64,000 bases of DNA. Source: Nemertoderma westbladi. Its lineage: Eukaryota; Animalia; Xenacoelomorpha. Shown here piece after piece: positions 36,794 through 50,100 of the stretch (position 1 is its first letter; every line of letters starts with the position of its first letter). A model generated the notes under the pieces. It was not told the DNA's origin and made no database searches. It saw only the letters and a list, made by a program, of their open reading frames with translations. Location of the stretch: contig JAUCBJ010001563.1 of the NCBI GenBank assembly GCA_032718475.1, positions 1 to 64,000 of the forward strand, read 5' to 3'. Both the position numbers and the translations under genes were made by a program.

Positions 36794-39319
36794 ATGGGTA
36801 GAGTTAATATATTTGCCAGACTAAAACCAACTCCAAACATCTGTGAGTATTACCGGAACTCCAATGATGTCATTGAGGTTAATATGCCGGATACTCCTTT
36901 ACCAGGAAGCAGAACAACGTCATCCACTACCCAACACCGATTCGAGTTCAATCAAGTACTTGATATATACTCATCCCAGGAGAAAGTATTCGATGCTACT
37001 ACCAAAGGTATAATAGAATCTTTCATTGAGGGTTACAATGGGACCATCATGGCATATGGACAAACTAACAGCGGCAAAACCTTTTCCATACATGGTATAA
37101 ACGATAAACATTCTCATAAAGGCATTGCACCACGAGCTTTAACTATGATTTATGGAAAACTACCAGAAAAATCAGAAGTAAACGACGATATTTCAATAAA
37201 CATTTCGTATGTAGAAATTTACCAAGAGACATGTTACGATCTGTTGAGTCCTGTTGTTTCTTCATTCAATGGAGCTGCGAGTTATCCAAAGGTTTCTGTA
37301 CTCGAGACTTGTGGAGGTGATTACTCTCTACGCAATGTTAGCGTTCACCCTGCACCAAGGGAGGACATTGCACAGGCTTTACTAAACCGAGCTGTATTAA
37401 GTCGCAGTACATCGGAAACCACAACAAATCCGACATCCTCACGATCCCATGCTATATTTACTATCCACCTGAGTATCAGACATGGAGAAACTTCGCGACA
37501 CTCTAAACTCCACTTGGTAGATCTGGCGGGATCCGAACGTGTTTCAAAGTCACGAGTTGATGGCGTTCGATTGAATGAGGCGAAATTCATAAACCGGTCA
37601 CTCCATCATCTTGAACAAGTTATTATTGCTCTGCAAGTTAGTGAGCGCAACCACTCAGGCCGCTTTGAAACTCATATACCTTATAGGAATTCATTGCTGA
37701 CAATGTTGCTCAGAGACAGCCTGGGTGGTAACTGTCAGACATCAGTGATAGCGACAATGTCCATGGATATAAACAACATTGGAGAAACTCTATCAACCTG
37801 CCGTTTCTCCCAGCGATGTGCCTGTGTCTCAAATAATCCAGTTCGTAATGAAACACTAGATGATGCTGTTGTGATCCGTCAGTTGAAGAAAATAATTCAC
37901 GAATTGGAAAGAAAAATACAAACTTTAACGGCACCATTAACTTCCAAGTCGCATAGCATTGACTATGAAGATCTTGTTAATAAGTTTATCGATGGTGAAG
38001 TTGATAACATTGCACAATATGGTGTTAACAATGTAGAAGCCTTTAATTTATGCTTAAATATTTTGAAAACCAGAATAAACACTAGAGATCAAATAAGCCC
38101 GACAGTAATGACATCAGCCCAAGACACATCTACATCACAAGTTAAAATGTATAACAGTAGAGACATCCAAGGTCAGGTGAATATAAATATAACTGAAACT
38201 GCCGTATTTGATGGTGATTTAATTACAAATGGAGATAGTGGTTCCTCTAACAATGATCAAAGGAAAGAACATCCAAGGAAATTGTGTACTCCTTATGAAC
38301 GAAAGAAAAGCAAAGAATTACAAGAACTAAATATTCAAATCATCGATAGAGAAATAGAACAAAAGAAATCCGTGAGGAAGTTGGCAGAAGAACGGATGAT
38401 AATAAAAATGCAACGATTGGATATTACAAAACAGGAATTGGAAACTCAAATAGAAATGTACAAAGACAGAGTTGAAAATCAGCGAGGGTTTGTGCTGCAG
38501 ATGATACATGGGGGTGATTTATTGGATGATATTGAACAGGAAAAGATGGCAGAACACTTGTTAACGAAGAAGTTAAAAAAGTACCAACATCAATTGGCGA
38601 CAGTTAATGGGCAAATAGGAGTACTTGATCGAAAATATTTGAAGAAATATGATGAAACAGCAGAAGAATCATATGCACATGAAACGTTGGATTGTAGTAA
38701 TTCCTTACCCAAGTATCTCACAAGTAATATTGTTTCGCCAAAATATAAATCTCGGCTTGTCTATGACTATCTGAAAAATAAAGAGGATGACCAATTGAAA
38801 AATGATCAACAAATTAAAGAGGCAGCTCGGTGGCGTAAGATAGAAGAGTTGGATAACAAAGAAAAATTAACACGACAAAAACTCCAAGCTCTAAAACTAT
38901 CCCTAGGTACTACAGGTGGTTATGGCAAGAAATCTCTCCAAACTAATGATTCTATTACTGGATCAAAACTATCTAAAACTGAGCCAATCTCTGTAGAATC
39001 CATTACTAATTCCACAGCCAGCTTGTGCAACCAACATGTCAATAATGGGTCTATAGGAGAATACAAAAGCGCTAATGAAGCTGCGATAATTGTTGGTGAG
39101 AAGGGTAAACCAACTCTGTTTGGATCTCAGAAAGACACAGACCTCAAAAATTATAACTCAGATGCATACAACAACAGCTCTCATATTGCCATCATTGATA
39201 AGAAAGACTCTCGTTCCGAAACCAGAATAGCAGATAAACGATTGGAATATTTATTTACAAATATTATACAAAGTCAAAAAAATGGGTTGGTTGGAGAACA
39301 CTGTTTTAGCGAGGCATAG
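36794..39319 (+). CDS. Kinesin-9 family (KIF6/KIF9-like) motor protein, single exon
   Basis: P-loop GQTNSGKT, switch I SSRSH, switch II DLAGSER, EAKFINRSLHHLEQVIIAL, HIPYRNSLLTMLLRDSLGGNC, TCRFSQR; coiled-coil tail; first ATG at 36794. Confidence 0.9.
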   Translation: MGRVNIFARLKPTPNICEYYRNSNDVIEVNMPDTPLPGSRTTSSTTQHRFEFNQVLDIYSSQEKVFDATTKGIIESFIEGYNGTIMAYGQTNSGKTFSIHGINDKHSHKGIAPRALTMIYGKLPEKSEVNDDISINISYVEIYQETCYDLLSPVVSSFNGAASYPKVSVLETCGGDYSLRNVSVHPAPREDIAQALLNRAVLSRSTSETTTNPTSSRSHAIFTIHLSIRHGETSRHSKLHLVDLAGSERVSKSRVDGVRLNEAKFINRSLHHLEQVIIALQVSERNHSGRFETHIPYRNSLLTMLLRDSLGGNCQTSVIATMSMDINNIGETLSTCRFSQRCACVSNNPVRNETLDDAVVIRQLKKIIHELERKIQTLTAPLTSKSHSIDYEDLVNKFIDGEVDNIAQYGVNNVEAFNLCLNILKTRINTRDQISPTVMTSAQDTSTSQVKMYNSRDIQGQVNINITETAVFDGDLITNGDSGSSNNDQRKEHPRKLCTPYERKKSKELQELNIQIIDREIEQKKSVRKLAEERMIIKMQRLDITKQELETQIEMYKDRVENQRGFVLQMIHGGDLLDDIEQEKMAEHLLTKKLKKYQHQLATVNGQIGVLDRKYLKKYDETAEESYAHETLDCSNSLPKYLTSNIVSPKYKSRLVYDYLKNKEDDQLKNDQQIKEAARWRKIEELDNKEKLTRQKLQALKLSLGTTGGYGKKSLQTNDSITGSKLSKTEPISVESITNSTASLCNQHVNNGSIGEYKSANEAAIIVGEKGKPTLFGSQKDTDLKNYNSDAYNNSSHIAIIDKKDSRSETRIADKRLEYLFTNIIQSQKNGLVGEHCFSEA

Positions 39320-39539
39320 ACCACTGCCGGAAACCATGAACAGTTTAATTATGTAGTACAGTATAATACACAGTCTATCCGACTACCTTTAAATTACATT
39401 TTAATATTATTCACACTGCGATAAATATAACTTTTCTTAAATCTGGTCATGGGATGGAGGTATTGCCTTATGTGTTATTTAAAATGAACAACTACAGTAT
39501 TACTGTAGTTTTATTTAACTGTGCCTATTTCAAATATAG

Positions 39540-39758
39540 GGATTAAAGGTACAACTTTTGACATAATTTTGATATGGATAAACTTTGTACATTGCTGGAC
39601 GTTGCCATCCCTCAATTTTCTTTGGACTTCCGTTAGGCCTAATTCCAGTCATTTTTATGGTCACATTTGCCATTTGTGGGCAGATGTGGGGATCGAACCC
39701 ACGTCCTCCGGAAAGATCTGAATTCAATGCGACCGACCACTACACCAAGGTGGAACCT
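39540..39758 (-). mobile_element. tRNA-derived SINE, same family as 15000
   Basis: Minus strand reads GGTTCCACCTTGGTGTAGTGG...GGGTTCGATCCCC; 3' boundary approximate. Confidence 0.6.
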
Positions 39759-39999
39759 GCTTTTGTTTTGCTTGTTTGCTTGCTAACTTGTTCCTAAAAC
39801 AAAATTGCTGCCCTAGTAAGGCAAGGCGGTAAGGGAAAACTAAGTAAACTAATAACAACTGTTGTTGTTGTTGGCACAACAATAGACCGCGGTAAATTTA
39901 ACACAGCAGAGGGGCAGCTACTTAGGTCAGTAGTGCTCATGACGCAGAACAGCCTAAAAGACATGGCCGTGGTCAAATCAAGTAACCAGCACTTTTCAG

Positions 40000-41171
40000 T
40001 TTGAACACAAAACTTTTAATTGACTTATTCGATGCTACAAATTCACATTTTCAGATTTATTGGGGCGCTGATTCTAATGATATCATTTCTAATTTGCCAG
40101 ATAATTGCTACTCGTATTTTTCGGCGTAATTTGGCAAATTTTTGTGCCAGCACCAAATTTCGTACCCATCAACAAAAAGTACAAGTTTAAGATGTCCCAT
40201 GAAGTTTTTATTGATTCCATCGGATTGAGGACCCTCATAAACCCGTTTATCATAAGAAACAATATGATACTATCTTTTGATCAAATTGCTTATTTTCATA
40301 AATTTGGTGGTGGTACAAAAATTGTCACCGACCGCCGCAAAATATAAGTTTGAAAACTTTTATGCGATTTTACTTATTACATTGAATTCAGAACCCTGAC
40401 AAACTCGTATAACGCAAGAAAGAGGGTGACACAATCAATTGATATATTTGATGGCTTTCAAAATTTGGTGCTAGCACCAAATTTTGCATAACTCCCGAAA
40501 AATACAAGTTTGAGATCTCTAGTTAGGTAATTGTTTATACCACCATTGAATTCAGAACCCCCATAATCCGCTAAAATGCGAGAAATAAGTTGTCAATATC
40601 AATTGAACTATTGTATGGGATTTCAAAATTTCGTGCAGGCACCAAATTTTGCACATAGCCTTGAAAAGTAAATTTTGATATGCCTGGTGCAATTCATATA
40701 TATTACATTGAAACTAGAACCCCGAAAAACCACTATTACCCAAAAAAGAGGTTCAAACAATTAATGTACAAAATTTATATATTTCAAAATTTGGTGCTGG
40801 CATCACAATTTGGCACCCGTCGAAAAAAGTTTGAAATTTCTAGCTTATTTTATATGAATTCCATATAATTGCGTACATCAAAAACTAGTCTAAATCAAAA
40901 ATGGAGATGTTACAAATCATATTTCATGAAATGTAATTTTAAAAAAACAGCTAAAAAAAGTGCCAAAAGTAAGTTTAAAAAATGGTGCTATAACTCTAAA
41001 ACTTCCAAATATTTTTAAAAACCGCTTCCATTATTAGGTAAGACAATATATCTTTAGGAAAAGACATAAAATTTCAGATTCCCAACTGCGTTTGTTTGAG
41101 AGTTACTGTAGAACAAAAAACCACGGGGAGGTCCATATTGACACTACCGGTATCCCCCGTGTTTAATAGGG
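40000..41171. mobile_element. Right part of a TTAA-flanked (piggyBac-like) non-autonomous DNA element
   Basis: Ends AATAGGG|TTAA; internal AAATTTGGTGCTAGCACC repeats; homologous to about 62720-63206; left boundary approximate. Confidence 0.55.
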
Positions 41172-42917
41172 TTAAAAGGTTATCATTAGGCCTACCCCTA
41201 CAATCTAAGTGTTTGAAGATAATTCCGTAAAGAATTAGGTCTACAGTATGCTGGGCCGCAGCAGATACAAGAGGAGTAGACCCACTCCACCATTCCCTGA
41301 AACATCTCCTGAGGGGTGAATGAACTCACAGCCATCCCACCCACCCCCCCCCCCCCCCCCCTTTATTAGTAAATGCTGCACACTTTAACAAACTGCACCT
41401 TACCGAATTGTAGTGACAAAAATACCGTAGGTCTCTTTCCTGTATTGCAGTTGTAGTGACAGTATTCCTATCCTAGTAATGACTATTGACAGTCCCTATC
41501 CTACCGATAAATCAAATGTCTGTTTGATGTGATTTAATTTAATGTTATCTGTATGCCAGTGTGCTTGCATACTTTTTATCGGTTGCTTGTGTGTATGAAT
41601 AATTTCTAACCAATATTGATGGTAATTTCAAACTATCAAATTACTGAGAGACTTTGAATGACACTATAGCATATTGTACCGGTATTGTATTCGAATAGTA
41701 GGCCTACATTAAAGTAATAATAGTTACTCTACTGGGTGTTATTGGCAGTTGCATACAAAATAACATTATAGTATCACAATACAAAACTGTATACTGTATA
41801 CTAACTGTACTCAGTCAGTAGTAGTGACATAATGTAACTCCATGCCACCCTGTAGTATATAATACATACAACCTACTGCTGGGTACCAGACTGTGATTGA
41901 ATCAATCATCAAACAAATCATCAGGTGGCCTGTGTGATATAAAACGCCAAGGCCCTGATTCCAGCTCTGCAGTATATCCGGTGACAAATTGTTCCCCCAA
42001 ATCTACCATTGACATTGCACATTGCTGTCACTATCTCTGACATTTGACCACACACAATATCCACATATTGGACAACACTTTATTCAGCCAGATATACAGT
42101 ATACATTAACGGACTCACAAATTGAGATTCAAATATACTGTATGTATGATATTTTCTAGATAACAAAGTCACTGAAACTGCCGCTCATCACACAAAGTGC
42201 TGTTGGTACCTATACTATAGACTATTATCCGATACCAATAAGTATATACAGTAGAGAAGTACTCTTCTAGTAGTGGAAAACTTCGCCCACGAGAAAGCTT
42301 CGCCAGGAGCAATATTCACCCTCAAAATGAGTGTTAACAACCTCGTTTATTGTTTTAGTTAGAAAAAATCGTCTCAGTAACCTATCGGGTCTGTAACCTT
42401 CTCCTTTCCCACAATCGGGCGAAGGTTGGACGCGGGAGAAGATTTCCCGCGGGCGAAGGTTGGACGCGGGCGAAGATTGCACCCAACCTGTGCATGCGGT
42501 TAAGATAATAATAAATAAACCTGTTTCACTTTCTATTTCCAACCACGTCCTATCTGATTTAAATAAAGATATATAAAAATAAATTCATCAGTAATTCTCG
42601 AGGGAAATAACAAAACGAGGGCCGTAAAAGAACAAGGCCAACTATGAACAATGGCGATCTAAATTAATATAATATTTGTCAGGGAATTATTCGTAAATTA
42701 GGCAATTAAACTTTCTAGAACAACCTTGTAACAGGAAAGTTATCTCGTGCCAAATTAGTGTAGTGGATATTGCGTTGGGTTATGAATGTAAAGGCCGCTG
42801 GTTCGATTCTGACCTATTGCATTTTTGTAACTTTTAGAATTGTGAACTAGTAATAAGGTTTATTAGAATGACGTCATGTGTTTATGTTTAGAATGACGCA
42901 GTGACATACTGGATATA

Positions 42918-43657
42918 ATAATAATAATAATAATTGTATTTATAACCCGCCTATACAACAATACAGTAGCTCTAGGCGCACAGACTATGAGATAAGTAGA
43001 GTTCTAAAAATTCCAAATTACACAATTATACAAAAATGGAAACACATGTGCTTTTAATTATCAAAAATGTAAATAAACGCCCACCACGTATACAGATATG
43101 TCAACAATCAGGTGCCTAGCTACTATTGTAAAAATGAAATGAAGTAAATAATTAAAACTGAAGCAGCATTATACAAAAATACATTGCAATATTAATTAAT
43201 TAAGTAGAATTTAAAATCAGCAATAGTATAGTTATAAGTAAAAGTTATAAGTAAAAGTTATAAGTAAAAGTTATAAGTAAAAGTTATAAGTAAAAGTTAT
43301 AAGTAAAAGTTATAAGTAAAAGTTATAAGTAAAAGTTATAAGTAAAAGTTATAAGTAAAAGTTATATGTAAAAGTTATAAGTAAAAGATCTAAAATTCCA
43401 GCAAATAATTAAGTAGAGTTTAAAATCGGCAATATTAAAATCGAAAGTAAAAGTTCTAAAAATCCCAAATATACAATATTTTTAAATCGCTTAAAATCGG
43501 CAATAGTAAAGTCAATCACCATACTCGGTGTTAAACTAAAAAGTCTTCAAGTTTCTTAAAATGTCAAGGCTGGAGGAGTTTCTAATCGAATAGGGTAACG
43601 CATTCCACACTAACTGCCAACAGCAGCAGTTAGAGGAGCGCAGATTACGTGTGGGGT
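42918..43657 (-). pseudogene. 3' end of an L2/CR1-group LINE (left half of the element split by the LTR insertion)
   Basis: Minus strand PTRNLRSS...WNALP..IR; 3' tail GGCGGGTTATAAATACAA(TTA)n; 13-bp GTTATAAGTAAAA repeat at 43231-43386. Confidence 0.75.
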
Positions 43658-44815
43658 TGTAAAAGCTTTTGCGGAATTAGCCGGTTATTTTCCCCGTAAA
43701 GTACTCTGTAGTTGGTTTAACAGGCATAAAAGGCCGTATCCTTACTGTACTGGTGTTTTAGTGGACATAAAAAGCCATTTCTTCTGTATGTGTACTTTAG
43801 TGGACATAATTAGCAAATCTATGTCGCAATACGCGAAATCCTCTTGAAACAGTGTAGTTACTATGACGACAGCTAACAGCTGATCTGTACACGTGTAGCT
43901 TTTTTCCTTGTTCTCTGGTGTTTCTTTGTTCGGTCAACCAATCGGAGCGATTCTCCTGCTTTTTGTACAGAAACCTCCGGGAAATCGCGCAATGCATTAT
44001 GGGTCAATGTTTACATTTTGTCCTGAGCCCAGAAGACCGGCTTTGGAATCTCTGTGTTTTCAGTGTTTAGCCCAACATTAGTAGGCTTAATTATAGAACG
44101 TATATCTGTTATCTTACATATCATAACAATTTATACCTTAACATTTTGCTGCTATTTACTGTCGGTTATTCATTATATCAGTTGATGGAATATTATTATA
44201 TTTGGAATATCTATAAATAATTACAAAACCCTCAATCTTCTTGATATACTGAAGGTAAGAGAGACTGGTTACATATAACGATTGCGACTTACATTAAAGT
44301 GGCTTTGAAGTGAATCTAATGCTATTTCATAGGCACTACATGTATTGGTTGTTGTTCTCTTTATATGTGACTAAAATTAGTGAAGGTCGGCAGATCGGTG
44401 TGCAGCATTGTGCAGTATTGTGTATGATTGTGACTGATAACAAAGCATCTCCTAAAGAATGCGCTATATACGTGAATCCATAGCCATCCCGTTGTGTCTA
44501 GTTTAAGTCATAACTCTGTTTACATATTTAGAGCGCCACGTCCTAAAGGAACTGTTAATATTTCCCGAAAGTGAATAATATTTGTCAGAGATTATATATT
44601 ACGATCAGTCGAATAATACAGTAGGCCTACACCGCAATAAGGTTAGGCTTCCGAATCCAGTCTCCCAGGTATATCCAGCGGGTGAATGGTCGCGCATAGA
44701 CTGGCTTCGGCTAATGTAGTGTATCAAATACTCGTCATAGGCTAAAGACGATTTATTATCTAGAAGACATCCCAATTTGGCAGGTTAAACTGCTAAAGGT
44801 CTGAAAGCGCGAACA
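43658..44815 (+). repeat. 5' LTR
   Basis: Direct repeat of 59476-60633 with about a dozen substitutions counted by eye. Confidence 0.97.
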
Positions 44816-45094
44816 ATAACAGATATTGCTTCTGTATTGCGGTAGGCAATAAAGCTGAAGTACCGGTTAACCGGTACCTAGTAGGCCTGACTACCTAACT
44901 ACCCGGACCGGTACTTACAGCAGTACAGGTACAGCAGTATTATTCGATTTGATAATTATATACCGGTAGGCCTTAATATTGAATCAGGGAGGGCCCGCCC
45001 TGGTTTTTTATTGAGATTTTACTTATTTCTGTCAGTTTTATTTATTTGTAGGCCAATATTGAGCAGAAGGCGTGTAAGCCTGCTCAGATTGTAC

Positions 45095-45670
45095 AGATAA
45101 TTTGTAGGCTGGACTGTTGTCTGACTGTTGTTAAGTCTGAAGGGACTGTAGTGTGTGTAGAGCGTATGTCCGAAAAAGTACTAGTTAGGAAAGTAGGGGC
45201 TTCCAGTGCTGTGAGGTAAGCCCCCTCGAAAGAATAAGTCGTACTACTCAGTTAGAACGCATACTAAGTAACCATTTCGGAGTCTGCATATACTGTAGTG
45301 TATTTAGGCTTGATAGTAGTCTGCCAGCGTTTGGTCTGTACTTTGTTTGTGTAGTCTGTACGGGTAGCGTAATATTTCTTATTTAGATAATTTGTAGGCT
45401 GGATTTTGCCTGGCTGTTGTTAGGTCTGAAGAGATTTCGGTGTGTGTAGAGTGTATGTCCGATAAAGTGCCAGTTGGGAACGTAGGGGCTTCCAGTGATG
45501 TGAGGTAAACCCCCTCGAAAGAATAAGTCGTACTACTCGGTTAGAACGCATACTAACTAACCATTTCGGAGTCTGCATATACCGTAGTTTGTTTAGGCTT
45601 GATAGTAGTCTGTCAGCATTTGGTCTGCATTTTGTTTGAGTAGTCTGTACGCGTAGCGTAATATTTATTA
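45095..45670. repeat. Two tandem ~290-bp repeats in the element's 5' leader
   Basis: AGATAATTTGTAGGCTGGA at 45095 and 45385. Confidence 0.85.
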
Positions 45671-46619
45671 TTCAGAGTTTATGCGATTATTCGCAACATT
45701 CATATCCCCAAGTTTATTCCTACAGTAATTGTGCTTGTTATATATACCGTTATAGTTAAACTAACCCCGGTACTACATCAGGGCTGCTTGGCGTAGGTAA
45801 AGACTGGTGATTTTGTGCCCCGGTCACTCCAGCAGATGCCGTGGTTCTTTTAGCTGTTCAAGTATTTTTAACTTCTGATTATTTGTTGTATAAGTACTTG
45901 TACCTAATTTAGGGTTTAGTGTACAGTGCTTTCCGAAGGTGATTAGTGTGTGGGCAGTATATTTGTGTTGTAAAGTGGTTAATAGGCACGTTGGTTCTGG
46001 TAGACCGCGGTAATTAACTTCTAGGTAGGAACACTCCGTGATACATAATGTAGTACTTATAGCGATACGGCTATAAGTCGTCAGACGGTGGCATTTTCCT
46101 ATCTGGACAACGCAGTATATTTACTACTACTTATTATTTTCAAATACCGTAGTACCCTGTCCGTTGTAATAACCAGATATTCTAACCCTTTGTTAGGCTG
46201 GTTTGTACACTTCTTGTAAAATTACCCTAAAAATTCTTCCTTGTAATTTTTGTGTTTATTTAGAGATTGTAATCTCACCCCGAATTGTACGTAATTTGTA
46301 GTATTAAGTAACTTAGGTAAATTAGAATTATTTGTTTTAGTGTCCAACAAGTAGCACTTCACTGAGAGCGTACAGCTTCTGTGCGGTGACTCTTTCCCAG
46401 AAATAATAACATTTATTTCAAATATTGACAAAAACCCATTAAACGGGTATACATATATTATAAATCAACTCAAACCGATTTATAAAATAGTAGGCCTGTC
46501 ATACATCAATTAGGTCTTAATGTCAGTTTGACTACTGCTTAAATAACGGTAATCAAGTAAAGTAAAGTAAACAAGTAACCCCTAAAATTCAGAAATTCAA
46601 TTATTCTAAAATAATTGAC

Positions 46620-46995
46620 ATACCGGTATTTGCGATAGGCTTATTATATTTTTTTCTATAAATTTAGGCTGAAATTATACCGGTATTCTGTAATTAATTC
46701 TAGTCCATAATTATACTTATATATACTATAAGTGTAAGCTGTATACCGGTATTCACGATAGGCCTACTATATATTTCTATATATTTGTGCTGAAATTATA
46801 TACCGGTATTCTGTAATTAATTCTAGTCCATAATTATACTTATATATACTATAAGTATAAGCTGTATACCAGTATTCACGATAGGCCTATTATATATTTA
46901 TATATATTTGTGCTAAAATTACATACCGGTATTCTGTGACAAACCTAGTCTGTAATAATACTTATATATATACTATAAGTGTATACCGGTATTCT
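46620..46995. repeat. ~120-bp tandem repeats built on TACCGGTATT subunits, in the leader
   Basis: Directly visible. Confidence 0.8.
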
Positions 46996-47128
46996 AATAT
47001 ATTGTATATATATCATGTTACATAGAGTAACGATATCGGTAATTAATTACTAGGCTAACGGTGATACTGAATTACTAGACTTGCTTTAACTGTAATATAG
47101 CAGTAGGCATTCAACTGTATAAACAAAC

Positions 47129-50100
47129 ATGTCTGACACAAAGCCAAACCTGTCAGACAGTCTCCTAGATACAACCATCTGTGACCCAGGCAGGAGTGTG
47201 GAACGTGTGAGACCGAAGTTCAATTCACCTCCTACCGTAAGAAAGATCATCCCTCCAGTAGTAGTATCAGACCCTAGGCTAGTCCAACACCGTAGGTCTA
47301 TCATAGGCACTCGAGCTCAGGTCAAGCGGGACCAAGAAGCAGCAGAACGGCAGCAACACTCGAGCCGAGAACTTATTTCTCAGCGGCCTGACAGCTCCAG
47401 TAGTACGGATACTGTAGAGCTGACACCCGAGCGCGGAGCAAAGATGGCAGATGCGGTTTATTCAGATCCCCTTCTCATCCTTCCTGCAGCCGTACTCACT
47501 AGGGTATTGATTGCGGTGGAGGAACACCAGATTGATTGGGCGAGAAGTAAGCGATCGACCAAGGATAGTTATGCGGGATACACAAGGGAAGAACTGAAGT
47601 CTATTGTCGAGTCGCAATGGAACTTCCCCGGACCCGGACTCCCGTTTGACTTATCGGAAGCTGCCTGGGAAGACATACACAGGATGGGAGTGACAAAAGA
47701 AACCAGCGATCCAGCTGTGTGGAAGAGGTCAGCAGCAGGATACGTACAGGGATTCTTCAGCTCTATGGAGCGATTAGAGGAACAACTGTTTCGACAACCC
47801 CAAGGACCTCAAGAGCAGGGAGAGCTGCTTTATCAAGTTAGAGAAAGAATTCTAAGAATCAGACTAATCTTATCGGCGTTTGAGGAGGCTTCGAAAAGAA
47901 GACAAGACACGTCGTTGCAAGTTGCCGTAAAGACTTGGTTTCAGCGGGTGAGTTTCAAAGTTCAAGGAACTGCCCAGTGGAAATCTCAGCTGGTTGAGCG
48001 CTCAACCCATGGAGAATCAACAGACGCTACCTTCTCCCAAGTGGAAAGTGAAGTGACAGCAGAAAAACCGCATAAGAGGGATGCTATTGACATCTATCTG
48101 TCAGACTATCAACGATTTGTAGGTGACGAAGAGTTGAGGAGACGGCTGTCTGGACTTCGCCCTAATAGTGAAGGAGCCAAGCTTGTGTTGGACGCAATCG
48201 ATGCGGATATGAGAGCTGCGAACCAAGCTAAATTTGATGAACGCCTCCGCATCGCTAGAGTCCAAGAAGAACAAGTAAAGAAAAAACGTATAGAAGACAG
48301 AAAGATAGCAGCAGCGGCAGCAGCAGAGGCAGAAGCAGAAAGAAAAGCGGCAGAAGCGGAAAGAAAGGCGGCAGAGGCAATGGCAGCGGCAGAAGCGGAA
48401 AGAAAGGCGGCAGAGGCAATGGCAGCGGCAGAATCAGAAAGAAAAGCGGCAGAAGCGGAAAGAAAGCGAGCAGTGGCAGAAGCAGAACGAAGAGCATCTG
48501 AAGAGACCACCCAACTGGAGTTGGAAAATATTCAAGAGAATCAAGACTGCATAAATAAACAGTTAACAGCTAGTAATATGCAGATGATGAATCGATCTAC
48601 TCCCAAAAGACAGGGATATACATCATCTGAGGAAGGCGATACCACCGATACTGAAGGTGGAGGAAATAGATCTCGTCTCAGCAGACGTAGAAGAATGTCC
48701 CACCGTCAGAAATTGCCTGATTTGCCCCCAGCTGTTAGAAGGCAACTAACTAACACAGGCTTAGGTAGTACAGAACCCACAGACCAAATAATTAAAATAG
48801 AAAGACTCCCTACTATATTAGAAGAGCCTGAAATAATTAGGCCTGTTCTCGAAGCCACCCCCTCGGTGATAGAGACACCTGTACTCCCTGAACCTATCTC
48901 TAAATTCCCTCTGCACAGCACTAAGCTACCTGTGCCCAGCAGAACAGCCCATGAGACAGTTCATGTCCTGGACTCCGAGCGAAATATTAATGATTTGTCG
49001 CCCGTTGTCCCTCGTCCGCCCGCTACAACGTTGGCGGCTCCCGCTTCGGCGGTCGAGTGGGTGGATGAGAGACGGCGGGGGATGGATCTCCTGCTCGGGC
49101 AGATGCAGGAGACGGTTAAGCAGCAAAGGGCACAGTAAGGGAAAGTAGGTTAGAGTTGCAAGAAGTGCAGCAAAGTATCGCGTTAGAACGCGATAAATTA
49201 GTAAATACACAAAGGGGTATACCACCACCCCCGGTAACAATGTGTCAACCTGTTAGGTCTGAAGTATCTCATGCGCAAGGTGTGTAGCCTACACGCATCT
49301 ATACTGCTAGTGAAGTAGAAACTCCTCTAGTGAACCCTATTAAGGGTAATTATAAACCTGCTGACAATGATATTCCCTATAGACCTGATCATAATCCGAG
49401 AAATTTATATACCGATAACTCGATATTAAATAACACGATGGCCCAAGAAAGTTTTATGCGTCAAATGGCTAGAACCGAAGCCCGTCAAGCGGTAAAGGTG
49501 GGAGAGATAGTCAAGTTCAATGGAGATGAGATGAAATGGTTACCTTTTAATGAATATTACAAAGATAACATACAGAACTCTGTGCTATCAAATGGAGAGA
49601 AACTTAGATTCCTCATCGAGTGCTTGGAAGGATCTCCCAAGTTAATGGCGTTAAAGTTTATTGGACATCCAGATGGATTAAGACAAGTTTGGGATACACT
49701 AAACATCAGGTATGGTAATAGGAATAACATAGCTAAATATTTGTATGCAAAATTAGTAGCACCCCGAAAGTTCATTAGCAGCGGGATTATAGAGTTTTCC
49801 GATGAGATTCAAGAGATCTGTAGACAATTAGATTGGCTAGGTAAGTCTCATGAATATCAGAGTTCTATGGTTATTGGAGCTGTGGCTTCTACTTTACCGA
49901 AGGGTGGAGTAGGTACACGCTGGGATAAGAAAGTGTTATATATGATGGAACAACAACGCCGAGACCCTACCATGGCTGATCTTATGTCATTCTTAGATGG
50001 AGAAGTGAAATTACAGCTCCTAAAACAGTCCAGAGAGAAGACACCGGAAAACAAGGTAAGTGATAAACCAGTTTCTAGGAGAAAAGTAACACCAGTGTGT

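Noticed and set aside
43797-43997. Duplicated 66-aa ORF (also 59615-59815)
   Set aside because: Duplicated only because it lies in the LTRs; no recognisable motif.
49130-49290. Programmed frameshift or stop readthrough between ORFs 47129 and 49330
   Set aside because: No slippery heptamer, an additional in-frame TAG, and Bel/Pao elements normally use a single ORF; mutational decay is simpler.
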